Sequence record: SRR22947725_171
Direction: 5' to 3' (one strand)
DNA length: 64,000 nt
This document shows, one piece after another, positions 1 through 10,064 of the stretch. The stretch's first letter is position 1; the number at the start of each line of letters is the position of its first letter. Below the pieces are notes generated by a model. The model ran no database searches. It worked only from the letters and a program-made list of their open reading frames with translations, and was not told where the DNA came from. Made by a program: the position numbers and the translations under genes.

Positions 1-1195
1 ATATGTAAGAAATATTACAGATATTGACGACAAAATTATTGCGAGGGCAGCCGAAAATAATGAAGATATCTACTCACTAACAAACAGATTCATTGACGCA
101 ATGCATGAGGACGAAAAGGCGCTAGGTGTTTTGAGTCCGGACATAGAACCACGTGCTACTGAATCTATCGATAAGATGATAGAAATGATTGAATCTCTTT
201 CAAAACAGGGATTAGCTTATCAAGGTAAAAATGGTGACGTATTTTATTCGGTCAGAAAATTTAAGGATTATGGCAAGCTCTCTGGTAAAAATTTAGATGA
301 TCTTGTAGCGGGTGCAAGGGTAGGCGTTGAGAGTAATAAAGATGACCCACTTGACTTTGTTCTCTGGAAAAAAGCAAAGTCTGATGAGCCCAGTTGGCCT
401 TCACCTTGGGGAGATGGAAGACCTGGGTGGCATATTGAATGCTCTGCGATGTCTAATCACTTTATTTCAAACCATTTTGATATTCATGGCGGTGGAATGG
501 ACTTAACCTTCCCTCATCATGAAAATGAAATCGCTCAATCTGAGGGCTCAAATAACTGTAAATTTGTTAACACCTGGATGCACGTTGGATTTGTCAATAT
601 TGACGACGAAAAGATGAGCAAATCTCTAAATAATTTTTTTACTATTCGTGATGTTTTAGAAAAGTATGATGGTGAAACGCTCCGGTATTTTCTTATAAGT
701 AGTCATTATCGCTCGCCTTTAAATTTTAGTGACACCAATATTGAAAGCGCCAAGTCTGGACTAAAAAGACTATACAACGCTACAAAAGGTCTATCTACAA
801 CTGCAGATGACATTGGCCCTGAAGCAGATTATGAAGCACGCTTCAACGCTGCACTAAATGATGATTTCAATACCCCTATTGCACTGAGTATACTTTTCGA
901 AATTGCAAAACAAATCAATATTGAGAAAGCCATAAACCATGAAAAAGCATATGGTTTAGCCAAACAACTAATTAAGCTTGGTAACTCTCTAGGTATTCTT
1001 GAATACAATGCTGAAGATTACTTAAAACAGGGCTCTGAATTATCAGAAGATGAAATTTCAAACAAAATTTTACAAAGAGAATCCGCAAGAACATCAAAAG
1101 ACTTTGCATTGTCAGATCAAATTCGTGATGAGCTTTTGGAGCTTGGTATCATTCTTGAGGATAGTGTAAATGGAACAACATGGCGCAGAAAGTAA
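1..1195 (+). CDS. cysS: Cysteine--tRNA ligase, 5' end outside window
   Basis: Frame is open from position 2 (YVRNITDIDDKII...), so the Met at 101 is internal. Motifs GRPGWHIECSAM, DIHGGGMDLTFPHHENE and KMSKS. Confidence 0.97.
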   Translation, partial: YVRNITDIDDKIIARAAENNEDIYSLTNRFIDAMHEDEKALGVLSPDIEPRATESIDKMIEMIESLSKQGLAYQGKNGDVFYSVRKFKDYGKLSGKNLDDLVAGARVGVESNKDDPLDFVLWKKAKSDEPSWPSPWGDGRPGWHIECSAMSNHFISNHFDIHGGGMDLTFPHHENEIAQSEGSNNCKFVNTWMHVGFVNIDDEKMSKSLNNFFTIRDVLEKYDGETLRYFLISSHYRSPLNFSDTNIESAKSGLKRLYNATKGLSTTADDIGPEADYEARFNAALNDDFNTPIALSILFEIAKQINIEKAINHEKAYGLAKQLIKLGNSLGILEYNAEDYLKQGSELSEDEISNKILQRESARTSKDFALSDQIRDELLELGIILEDSVNGTTWRRK

Positions 1196-1853
1196 TCTAA
1201 ACATAGACTGGAATCTGATTGATACTGTCTTGCTTGATCTTGATGGAACGCTTTTAGACTTAAATTTTGATCTTGAATTTTGGCTTGAATATATTCCAGA
1301 AATTTACTCAAAAAAACATAACATCAAAATAGATGAAGCTAAAGAAGTAATCATATCTATGATTAATTCACAAGAAGGAAAGCTGACTTGGTATTGTCTC
1401 GATTACTGGGAAGAGACACTTAACTTAGATATTATGAAACTAAAGGGTGATATTTCTCATTTAATTCAAGTTCATGATCACGCTTTGAATTTCCTTCAAA
1501 CTGTAAAAAAGCATAATAAGCGCATATACCTTGTTACCAATGCTCATAGAAAAGGAATAAAGCTTAAGATGCAAAAATCTGGACTTCATGATTATTTTGA
1601 TGAAATCATCTCTTCGCATGACTATGGAGTTCCAAAACAAGAGCAAAAATTTTGGGAAGAATTAAGTAATCAAATTAACTTCAACAAAGAGAGGTCAGTA
1701 TTTTTTGACGACTCTTTAGATGTCCTTGAATCTGCTTCAACATTTAACATAAAAAATGTAATTGCAATCAGCAGGCCTAGCACTAAAATTCCAAAAAAGC
1801 ATGTTCCTGGATTTATCAATATAGTAAATTTCATGGAGGTCACTCCAAAATAA
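1170..1853 (+). CDS. yrfG: HAD-superfamily hydrolase, YrfG-like GMP/IMP nucleotidase
   Basis: DTVLLDLDGTLLDL motif I, WYCLDYW, LVTNAH, PKQEQKFW, FFDDS. Confidence 0.8.
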   Translation: MEQHGAESNLNIDWNLIDTVLLDLDGTLLDLNFDLEFWLEYIPEIYSKKHNIKIDEAKEVIISMINSQEGKLTWYCLDYWEETLNLDIMKLKGDISHLIQVHDHALNFLQTVKKHNKRIYLVTNAHRKGIKLKMQKSGLHDYFDEIISSHDYGVPKQEQKFWEELSNQINFNKERSVFFDDSLDVLESASTFNIKNVIAISRPSTKIPKKHVPGFINIVNFMEVTPK

Positions 1854-2016
1854 GACCTTATACATACTCTTAAGCATTGAGAGGCAGCCTAACTCAATAG
1901 CATAAATATTTATATACCCCTCACATACCAAATAAAATTTGAACTTCTATTTGAACTGTAGTTTTAGTAATTAAAATATAGCTCTTAACTTAAGTACTTC
2001 ATTAAATAGGTAATCT

Positions 2017-2901
2017 ATGATCAAAAAAAACAATCGAGTTGCATTAGTTGGTATAGGCGCTATGGGAACTGCATTAGCTCAAACCCTTCTTGAAAATGAA
2101 ATAGAGATTCATGTTTGGAATAGAACCCCAGAAAAGATTGAAACATTAGCTCAAAAAGGAGCTATAACTTATACTCAACCGCACAAGGCAATTGAATCAT
2201 GCGATATAGTCATTGTGTGCTTGTCAGATTATGACGCATGGAAAGAGATTATTGACTATGAAAATGTACGCTCCAGCTTAAAAAGCTCCATTCTAATCCA
2301 ATTGTCAACTGGCAGTATGGCTGAAGTTGAAGCAAACTCTTTAATTATGAAAGATCTTGATGTGGAGCTAATAGAGGGTTCTATTTTATGTTTTCCAGAA
2401 CAAATTGGCACAGAGCTTGCGTCAATTATTCTTGCTGGCAAATCAGATGTGATTGATTCATGTGACTCAATTTTAAGACTAATGTCTCCAAAGATTAGTT
2501 ACCTTGGTGAGAGTCTTTCCGCTCCTGTAGTCTTAGGTAATGCAATTATGTCTAGTGTATTGGGTTTTTCAGCTGGCCTAATAAATGGTGCTGCCTTATG
2601 TTTAAAGGGCGATGTCCCTTTAAAATCGTATAGAGAACAAACTGTTCATAATTTTGCACGCATGCAAACAGAGCCGCTGCGTATTTTGGATGCTATAGCC
2701 AACCAGGATACTGAAAATACACAGGCATCCGTTTCAACTTGGTATGACGCACATTTAAAATTATTGAAAATCTCAGATAAACTTGGGGTGGATACAAGAT
2801 TCCATCAAGGATTAAGTTTGATGTTTAAAGAGACAATTGATCAAAACATAGGAGGGCATGATTTATCTGCTATGGTCAAGGTGTTTTCAAACAAGAATTG
2901 A
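2017..2901 (+). CDS. NAD(P)-dependent oxidoreductase, beta-hydroxyacid dehydrogenase/imine reductase-like
   Basis: GIGAMG Rossmann motif, VWNRT, IQLSTG, EGSILCFPEQIG. Confidence 0.75.
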   Translation: MIKKNNRVALVGIGAMGTALAQTLLENEIEIHVWNRTPEKIETLAQKGAITYTQPHKAIESCDIVIVCLSDYDAWKEIIDYENVRSSLKSSILIQLSTGSMAEVEANSLIMKDLDVELIEGSILCFPEQIGTELASIILAGKSDVIDSCDSILRLMSPKISYLGESLSAPVVLGNAIMSSVLGFSAGLINGAALCLKGDVPLKSYREQTVHNFARMQTEPLRILDAIANQDTENTQASVSTWYDAHLKLLKISDKLGVDTRFHQGLSLMFKETIDQNIGGHDLSAMVKVFSNKN

Positions 2902-3214
2902 AGTACTCCAAGAAATATAACTGATAAAGAGCTTCAGAAGTTTGGGCTTTTAAAATGAAAGACCTTTGACACAAGACTCTTTAATATATTTACCTACTAC
3001 TGGTGGTGAAACAAATTGACACATTCATATTGTTTATGAACTTTAAAATCTCTAATTAAAAGAATTAAACCCTAGTTTAGAATTTTTCAGAACCACATTT
3101 ATATCAAATGATATACTCACATGGATAAGATAAAAATCTATTCCTAATGAATAAGACTTCTATACTAAATCCAATTCTAAATCTTTTTTTAACTATTAAC
3201 AATATTAGAATATT

Positions 3215-4459
3215 ATGAAAAATGCCTTTTATGCACAATCTGGCGGAGTAACAGCCGTAATTAATGCTTCGGCAAGTGGTGTAATTGAAACAGCCCGAAA
3301 ACACTCAGATAAAATTGGTACTGTCTATGCCGGAGAGAATGGCATCATAGGGGCACTAACAGAAAATCTCATTGATACATCTGCTGAATCAGATGCAGAT
3401 ATCGCTGCTCTAAATCATACGCCCTCAGGTGGCTTTGGGTCTTGTCGCTACAAGATGAAATCACTGGAAGCAAATAGGGCTGAATACGAGCGTTTAATTG
3501 AAGTTTTTAAGGCACACAATATTGGTTATTTTTTCTATAACGGTGGTGGTGATTCAGCTGATACCTGCCTGAAAGTCTCTCAACTATCTGAAAGTATGGG
3601 CTTTCCAATCCAAGCAATTCACATTCCCAAAACTGTAGATAATGACCTGCCAGTGACTGACAATTGTCCCGGTTTTGGGTCGGTCGCGAAGTATATTGCG
3701 GTCTCTACTATGGAGGCAAGCTTTGACGTTGCATCAATGGCTGCCACTTCTACTAAAATCTTTGTCCTTGAAGTGATGGGTCGCCATGCCGGATGGATAG
3801 CAGCAGCGGGAGGACTTGTTGACTCTTCGATACCTGTGGTTATTCTGTTCCCTGAAGTTGACTTCAATGAAGAAAAGTTTCTGGCTAAAGTTGATCAAAA
3901 TGTTAAAGAGTATGGGTATTGCACCATTGTTGTTTCAGAGGGAACTAAGTGGCCTGATGGAACATTTCTTGCTGAACAGGGTACTAGAGATGATTTTGGT
4001 CATGCGCAGCTGGGTGGTGCGGCTCCAGTTGTTGCTAACATAATCAAAAAAGCTTTAGGCTATAAATTTCATTGGGCTGTAGCAGATTACCTTCAGCGTG
4101 CAGCTAGGCATCTAGCTTCAAACTCTGATGTTGAGCAAGCGTATGCTCTTGGAAAGGCGGCAGTTGAAATGGCTCTCGATGGCAAAAATTCAATCATGCC
4201 CTCAATAGTTAGAAAATCAAACAACCCTTATCAGTGGGAAATTGGATATGGAGAATTAAAAGATATTGCAAATGTAGAGAAAATGATGCCAGAAAGTTAT
4301 ATCTCCGAAGATGGATTTTCTATAACAAATGCATGTCGTGAATATTTACTTCCGCTTATTGAAGGTGAGAATTATCCACCGTATAATAACGGATTGCCAG
4401 ACTACGTTGTAATGAAAAAAATTAAAGTTGGGAAAAAGTTACCACCCTTTGAAGTTTAA
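3215..4459 (+). CDS. pfp: 6-phosphofructokinase, probably PPi-dependent
   Basis: AQSGG, YNGGGDS, PKTVDND and EVMGRHAGW. The Asp in GGGD and the Lys in PKT are PPi-type signatures. Confidence 0.85.
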   Translation: MKNAFYAQSGGVTAVINASASGVIETARKHSDKIGTVYAGENGIIGALTENLIDTSAESDADIAALNHTPSGGFGSCRYKMKSLEANRAEYERLIEVFKAHNIGYFFYNGGGDSADTCLKVSQLSESMGFPIQAIHIPKTVDNDLPVTDNCPGFGSVAKYIAVSTMEASFDVASMAATSTKIFVLEVMGRHAGWIAAAGGLVDSSIPVVILFPEVDFNEEKFLAKVDQNVKEYGYCTIVVSEGTKWPDGTFLAEQGTRDDFGHAQLGGAAPVVANIIKKALGYKFHWAVADYLQRAARHLASNSDVEQAYALGKAAVEMALDGKNSIMPSIVRKSNNPYQWEIGYGELKDIANVEKMMPESYISEDGFSITNACREYLLPLIEGENYPPYNNGLPDYVVMKKIKVGKKLPPFEV

Positions 4460-4474
4460 ATAAAAGGCGCTCAA

Positions 4475-5128
4475 ATGAATGTTATTTTATTAGGCCCGCC
4501 AGGTGCAGGAAAAGGCACTCAAGCGGCACATATTTGTGAAAAATTTAATATTCCTCAGATTTCAACTGGGGATATGCTACGCGCTGCTGTTAATTCTGGA
4601 TCACCTGTTGGGGTAGAGGCTAAAAAAACTATAGACGCAGGAAATCTTGTTCCTGATGATCTAATCATAGCACTTGTTAAAGACAGAATACAGTTGCCTG
4701 ATTGTCATAATGGTTATTTATTAGATGGGTTTCCTAGAACTATAAATCAGGCAAATGCACTCAAATTGGAAGGAATCAGGATTGATTACTGTGTTGAGGT
4801 CAAGGTCCCAGATGATGATATTGTTGTCAGAATGTCGGGACGTCGTGTTCACCTTTCCTCTGGCAGAACATACCATGTTAAATTTAATCCCCCTCAAGAG
4901 TCTGGTAAAGATGATATTACTGGAGGAGAACTCATTCAAAGGGTCGATGATAAAGAAGATATTGTAAGAGGCCGGCTAAAGATTTACCATAAGCAAACTG
5001 AGCCCTTAGTTAAATATTATCAAAATGATTCAGAAAAACCTGAAACAGGCACAAAGTTCATAGCAATAAATGGCGTTGGCACACTTGAAGAAGTAAAAGA
5101 AAGAATTTCAACTGCATTGGTCAGCTAA
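4475..5128 (+). CDS. adk: Adenylate kinase
   Basis: [30 protein letters not shown] region. Confidence 0.97.
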   Translation: MNVILLGPPGAGKGTQAAHICEKFNIPQISTGDMLRAAVNSGSPVGVEAKKTIDAGNLVPDDLIIALVKDRIQLPDCHNGYLLDGFPRTINQANALKLEGIRIDYCVEVKVPDDDIVVRMSGRRVHLSSGRTYHVKFNPPQESGKDDITGGELIQRVDDKEDIVRGRLKIYHKQTEPLVKYYQNDSEKPETGTKFIAINGVGTLEEVKERISTALVS

Positions 5129-5131
5129 TTC

Positions 5132-5617
5132 TTAAAGGTCAATTTTAAACTTTACTCTTTTGGTTCCATTTTCTGAACCCTTTACAAGGACCTTGTCGTT
5201 GTTAATATCGTATGTGAGAGAGTCTCCACTAAATGAATCAAAGCCCTGAACTAAATAGGCATCACCAACTAAAAAAATCATCCCTTCATTCACGTCATAA
5301 GTTATCAGAGTCGCAGTTGCCTCGATAAAGCGCGCCTGATTTTCTTGACTTTGAATATACTTAGCAGGCTGTTCCAGCGTTCCTTTTGCCTTCATTGTTT
5401 CAACCCCATCAGCATTAGTTTGGACCTGAATGATTTCAGCAGTCATCACTAGAGAGCCTTGCTTGACTTCTGCATTGCCAATAAACTCGTTGAACCCAGA
5501 AGTTTCATCGACCATTACTGAATCAGCTTCAATCTCTATCGGCTGCTGTGCATCTTCAGTCAAAGCGAATGAAGAGGTTGATAAAAATAAAGCAATCATT
5601 AGAGCCAATTTATTCAT
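5132..5617 (-). CDS. lptA: LPS transport periplasmic protein LptA
   Basis: Signal peptide followed by ALTEDAQQPIEIEADS, GNAEVKQG and a C-terminal RV motif. ATG at 5617 overlaps the lptC stop (ORF track start 5635). Confidence 0.88.
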   Translation of the reverse strand: MNKLALMIALFLSTSSFALTEDAQQPIEIEADSVMVDETSGFNEFIGNAEVKQGSLVMTAEIIQVQTNADGVETMKAKGTLEQPAKYIQSQENQARFIEATATLITYDVNEGMIFLVGDAYLVQGFDSFSGDSLTYDINNDKVLVKGSENGTKRVKFKIDL

Positions 5618-6560
5618 AAGTCGCTTTAACCTCATCCGTTAATTTAAGTTTTTTTGCAATAGCATCATAATGCATTTTTTTTGCCTTTATGTCAACCGTA
5701 TTTGATTGAAAACGTGTAGGCGAATTGGACTTAAAAATCTCACCATCGTTTGATTGATCAATGATGAGATCATAACTAGTAAGTGAGCTCCCAAAACCAT
5801 TAACAACTGTTACATCCCCAAGCAGTTTAGTTTGCTCTGTTTTCATATTAATATCAACACCCTTATCTGCATTCACAATATTTTCATTCGATTTATAAAT
5901 AGTCTTTTCATTACTTTCATATCTTTTTTCACCTGAGCCATGACTAATTAATAAGTTTTTTGTAGTTAAGGTTGCACCACTATCTTGAAGGATCTCAACA
6001 TCTCCATTTAAATTCACTAAGTCACTTTTAGTATTCATATCCAGTCCTTGTGCTTTGATTTTTGCATTCTCTCCTAGATAAAAAACGTCTCTATTACTTT
6101 TAATTTGATCTCCTTTAACAACTAAGAGTTCAGTATCAATTTCATGAGAAATACCGCTGAGCGTTTTTATTTCTACCTCTCCAATAAAATGGATCGATCC
6201 TGACTTAAATATGACTGCTCGATTGGAGGTTAGAGTTAAGGATTCATTTTGCTTCTCATCAAAAGTTGTCACTGTTACAATTTCTAATTGAACTGGGGAG
6301 TCTTTAAAGCTTTTGTATACATCAGCCTCAATAGTATGCAACAGAACTTGATCACTAGAATATTCCTTGATAATAAAGTTGTCAATTTTTTCAAGGTAAG
6401 GAGTATCTTTAATCTGCCCTTCACTCAACTCAGATACTTCAGTGGTTTTTTTAAATACAGAAATACTTAATATATTATCTTGAAATATCCAAAGAATAGC
6501 TGCCAAGACTATAATGAAAACAATAAATGATTGAATTTTCTTAGTTTGAAATATTGCCAT
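5610..6560 (-). CDS. lptC: LPS export periplasmic protein LptC, elongated (316 aa)
   Basis: Single N-terminal TM helix, beta-strand-rich body, ends ...EVKATYE, lies directly upstream of lptA. Confidence 0.75.
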   Translation of the reverse strand: MAIFQTKKIQSFIVFIIVLAAILWIFQDNILSISVFKKTTEVSELSEGQIKDTPYLEKIDNFIIKEYSSDQVLLHTIEADVYKSFKDSPVQLEIVTVTTFDEKQNESLTLTSNRAVIFKSGSIHFIGEVEIKTLSGISHEIDTELLVVKGDQIKSNRDVFYLGENAKIKAQGLDMNTKSDLVNLNGDVEILQDSGATLTTKNLLISHGSGEKRYESNEKTIYKSNENIVNADKGVDINMKTEQTKLLGDVTVVNGFGSSLTSYDLIIDQSNDGEIFKSNSPTRFQSNTVDIKAKKMHYDAIAKKLKLTDEVKATYE

Positions 6561-6563
6561 AAT

Positions 6564-7136
6564 ATGCTAAATCAAAGAATACAAGGATTGTACGCAATTA
6601 CTCCAGATAAAGGTTTTGATATCACCCTTATTGAGAATGCAATTAAAAAACATAAAGTTAATATTCTCCAATACCGCCGCAAGAATCTGAACATAAAAAA
6701 TAAGCTAGATGAAGCCAATAAATTGCTTGAGTTATGTAAACAATATAATACTTTATTTATTATCAACGATGATATTAACCTTTGCCAGAAAGTAGGTGCA
6801 GATGGCATTCATATTGGTCAGAGTGATATTAATGCTAGATTAGCGAGAGAGATTCTAGGCATGAAGTATATCATTGGGGTAACCTGTCATGATAGTAATG
6901 AGCTTGCGATCGATGCTGAAAATAATAGTGCTGACTATGTCGCTCTAGGAGCAATATTTAAATCAACCAATAAGCCAAATGCGATTCATTGTCCCCTTTC
7001 TAAAATCACAAATATAAAAAAAGATATCAGTATCCCTATTGTTGGTATTGGTGGTATTAACTTTGAAAATCAAGGTTTGGCTTATGATGCTGGTTGTAAT
7101 GCAGTGGCTATGATTGATGGTCTTTTTGGCCATTAA
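6564..7136 (+). CDS. thiE: Thiamine phosphate synthase
   Basis: GLYAITP, LQYRRK, IINDD, ADGIHIGQSD, GVTCH, VGIGGI. ATG at 6564 preferred over TTG at 6531. Confidence 0.92.
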   Translation: MLNQRIQGLYAITPDKGFDITLIENAIKKHKVNILQYRRKNLNIKNKLDEANKLLELCKQYNTLFIINDDINLCQKVGADGIHIGQSDINARLAREILGMKYIIGVTCHDSNELAIDAENNSADYVALGAIFKSTNKPNAIHCPLSKITNIKKDISIPIVGIGGINFENQGLAYDAGCNAVAMIDGLFGH

Positions 7137-8262
7137 ATCTGGCATGATTCTTGTAATCGTAGCCACCTTTTATGCCGTTTTTAGACATCACTAGTTGCCA
7201 TAATTGATTTCTCCTAGAGCGAAAGGTGCCAGCACACATTAACAGGTAATACTCCCACATTCGCTTAAATCTATCGTCATATTTTTCTTTTAAATGGCCA
7301 TAGTTAACTTGAAAATTTTCATTCCATGCCGTTAAGGTTTTATCATAATCCTGCCCAAAGTTATGCCAGTCCTCAATAACAAAAATGCCCTGCGCAGCCC
7401 CACTAATCTGAGCAGGAGAGGGAACCATTCCATTAGGGAAAATATATTTATTTGTCCAAGGATCAGTAGATCGTGATGGTGTATTACGTCCAATCGTATG
7501 TAGCAAAAATAACCCTTTGTCACCGAGACATCTATGAGCAACTTCCATATAATCTCGATAATTTTTATACCCCACATGCTCAAACATTCCTATTGAAACG
7601 ATTGCATCATATTTTGTATTTAACGCCCTATAATCTTTTAATTCAAAGGTTGCATCTAACCCTTCACAAGATTTTTTAGCATAATTCATTTGCTCTTTCG
7701 ATACAGTGATTCCATGCACACTAACGCCATAATTTTCTGTCGCATATTTTGCAAAAGCGCCCCAACCACAACCAATTTCAAGCACACGCATACCAGACTT
7801 CAGATGAAGTTTTCTGCAAGCTAAATCTAATTTATTGACTTGAGACTGTTCTAAGTTAGCGGCATTTCTCCAATAGCCACATGAATAATTCATTCTTTGA
7901 TCCAGCATCAATTTAAATAAATCATTTCCAGTGTCATAGTGTTCCTCACCAACAATATAGGCGCGATTTATGTTTTGAGTATTAAATAGATAGGCTTTTA
8001 AAACATGCATTAGGAAAGAAGGATTTGTGACCTTGACTTGTTTATCAATTCTGCCGCGAAGTAATCGACAACTAAACTCATCTAATGCTTCACAATCCCA
8101 CCATCCATCCATGTAGCTTTCACCAAGCGCAAGCGAACCGCCACTTAAAACGCGTGAATAGAAAAGTTCATTATGAATTTGAGGATCACACAGACGAGAA
8201 CCATTGACTTGAATATCAACTGATTCAAATAGACTAGTTACTGTTTCTTTAAAATCAGCCAA
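7108..8262 (-). CDS. cfa: Cyclopropane fatty acyl phospholipid synthase
   Basis: LGESYMDGWW, HYDTGNDLF, YSCGYW, LEIGCGWG, SIGMFEHVG, KYIFP. Confidence 0.93.
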   Translation of the reverse strand: MADFKETVTSLFESVDIQVNGSRLCDPQIHNELFYSRVLSGGSLALGESYMDGWWDCEALDEFSCRLLRGRIDKQVKVTNPSFLMHVLKAYLFNTQNINRAYIVGEEHYDTGNDLFKLMLDQRMNYSCGYWRNAANLEQSQVNKLDLACRKLHLKSGMRVLEIGCGWGAFAKYATENYGVSVHGITVSKEQMNYAKKSCEGLDATFELKDYRALNTKYDAIVSIGMFEHVGYKNYRDYMEVAHRCLGDKGLFLLHTIGRNTPSRSTDPWTNKYIFPNGMVPSPAQISGAAQGIFVIEDWHNFGQDYDKTLTAWNENFQVNYGHLKEKYDDRFKRMWEYYLLMCAGTFRSRRNQLWQLVMSKNGIKGGYDYKNHARFNGQKDHQS

Positions 8263-8338
8263 ATCTTAAAAATAAGTTACCCCGTTGCCTTTAAATCTTA
8301 CCATATTATGATTTAATATGGAAATTTGCAGATTTTTA

Positions 8339-8851
8339 CTATGAGGCAGGCTTAGATTTGAATATTGCAGTTAAACTTAAAATCAAAATGACAAGGAACC
8401 AAACAAAAGACCAACCAGCCATGCTCAAACCCAAGAATTGCCAAGGTATCTCAGCGCAATTACCGTCTCCCATAAATAGTGCGTTAATTACATCAGCAAA
8501 AGGGAACACGTCAATAATATATTCGAGTGGTGGGCCGCATAAAGGAACCTCATCTTCAGGAAGACCTTGAAGCCATATCTGGCGACCAGAAATCCACATC
8601 CCAGCTAAAGCAAAAAGTGATAAAAAGATTGAATATAATTTACTAAAGTTAATTTTTGGGTTATGAAGGAAGGCTACGAATGAGCTAATGCCAATTAAGC
8701 AATAAAAGAACTGCTGAGTAAGACATAGTGTGCAAGGCTCCAGCCCTAGAATTTTCATACTATAAGCAGCATAACCAAGCAGTGAGCCAACAATCAAAAA
8801 AATGATTAAGTGAATCTGACGTGGAGAAAAATTATTGAAAAAATAACTCAT
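8339..8851 (-). CDS. dsbB: Disulfide bond formation protein B
   Basis: Four TM segments, LEPCTLC, second Cys pair (PLCGP...GNCAE), WQFLGLSMAGW. Confidence 0.9.
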   Translation of the reverse strand: MSYFFNNFSPRQIHLIIFLIVGSLLGYAAYSMKILGLEPCTLCLTQQFFYCLIGISSFVAFLHNPKINFSKLYSIFLSLFALAGMWISGRQIWLQGLPEDEVPLCGPPLEYIIDVFPFADVINALFMGDGNCAEIPWQFLGLSMAGWSFVWFLVILILSLTAIFKSKPAS

Positions 8852-8866
8852 TACAGTTTCCTTATA

Positions 8867-9451
8867 TTATCTATTTCCATGTCTTGCAAGTTGCTCAGAG
8901 TCATCTAATCTTGGACTAGAAAAAAACTCATTGATCATAGGTATAAAAAATTCTAACGGCTTTGATTTATAGTCAGGATCAAAACAGTTTTGGTCATAAT
9001 GATGACAAAATCTTACGGTATCGTCATACCAAGTACTATCAATAAAAGCTTCTCTAGCATTTCTATCGCCGCCAGAGTGGTGCGCATAATAATACATTTG
9101 AAAAACACCATGATGCTTAACAATCCAATAGATTTTCTCTGAGACAAATGGTCGAAGAATCGCAGCAGCCATTTCAGAGTGAGAGTGGGGTGCAAGAGAG
9201 TCACCAATATCATGAAACAAAACAGCCATAACCATTTCTAAATCTTCCTCAGCTAAAAAAGCACGTGTTGCTCCTTGCAAAGAGTGTTCGAGACGACTAA
9301 CTTGATAACCTGATAGACTAGAATCTAATGCTTTTAAAGCCTCAATGAGTCGAGAGGGGAGATCATCTAAATATTGATTTTCGAGCTTATCTAGAAAGGC
9401 ATACTCTTCAGCAGTGCCATTTTCCATGCTTATAAAATCAACCTTATTCAT
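8867..9451 (-). CDS. HD-domain metalloprotein, PhnZ/MIOX-like diiron type
   Basis: SRLEHSLQ, LFHDIG, PHSH, VKHHG, YDQNCFD. Confidence 0.7.
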   Translation of the reverse strand: MNKVDFISMENGTAEEYAFLDKLENQYLDDLPSRLIEALKALDSSLSGYQVSRLEHSLQGATRAFLAEEDLEMVMAVLFHDIGDSLAPHSHSEMAAAILRPFVSEKIYWIVKHHGVFQMYYYAHHSGGDRNAREAFIDSTWYDDTVRFCHHYDQNCFDPDYKSKPLEFFIPMINEFFSSPRLDDSEQLARHGNR

Positions 9452-9479
9452 AGCTCACATCTTACAGCAATATAACTGC

Positions 9480-10064
9480 TTATAACCTTTTTGCACTATC
9501 CTTTAGTAACCCCGCTACATAATGTGAAAAGGAGTGTCTCACCATCATAAATAAACTTTTTTTATCACGATAAACAAACACAGGGGCCTGGCCAAAAGTA
9601 GTTGAAACAGCCTTTCCATCGATAAGAGAGCCTTCAATATCATAGCTCATCCATCTAGATAATAGATTGTTAGTTTGATCTCCAAGAAACTCAATTATTC
9701 CATAAGCGCCAGAATTATCACTAATTGAAATACCCTTAGGAAGTGATGATAACTTTTCTTCTATTTCTACCTTATGGTTTCGCGATAACAAAACCCAAAA
9801 TTCATCGGGGCTAACCCAAAAACATTTCGAATCATTATCGCCAGTAGTTATCTCAAGCGCTCCAGGAAGCTTAAGATTAAAGATATCTTTTGCCGCCTTA
9901 GTATTATTTTTTGAACTTGCAGATGTTCTTAGAACGAGCAAAGAGTGTCCAGTTACTTCCTGAGAAATAAGATTTTTCTGATTGATTAGAAAGCCATCAC
10001 CATCTGTAACAGGATCAAAAGTGGATCTAAATATGGGTTCAATTTGATTTTTAGAATCACTCAT
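9480..10064 (-). CDS. soxG: Sarcosine oxidase gamma subunit
   Basis: WVSPDEFW, RHSFSHY. Follows soxA with an ATGAGTGA overlap (start 10064; ORF track start 10094). Confidence 0.85.
   Translation of the reverse strand: MSDSKNQIEPIFRSTFDPVTDGDGFLINQKNLISQEVTGHSLLVLRTSASSKNNTKAAKDIFNLKLPGALEITTGDNDSKCFWVSPDEFWVLLSRNHKVEIEEKLSSLPKGISISDNSGAYGIIEFLGDQTNNLLSRWMSYDIEGSLIDGKAVSTTFGQAPVFVYRDKKSLFMMVRHSFSHYVAGLLKDSAKRL

Noticed and set aside
2995-3080. tRNA-like look (TGGTGAAA...GACAC, then a TTCAT-N7-ATGAA stem-loop)
   Set aside because: No GTTCRA T-loop and no pairing acceptor stem; most likely chance or a small operator palindrome
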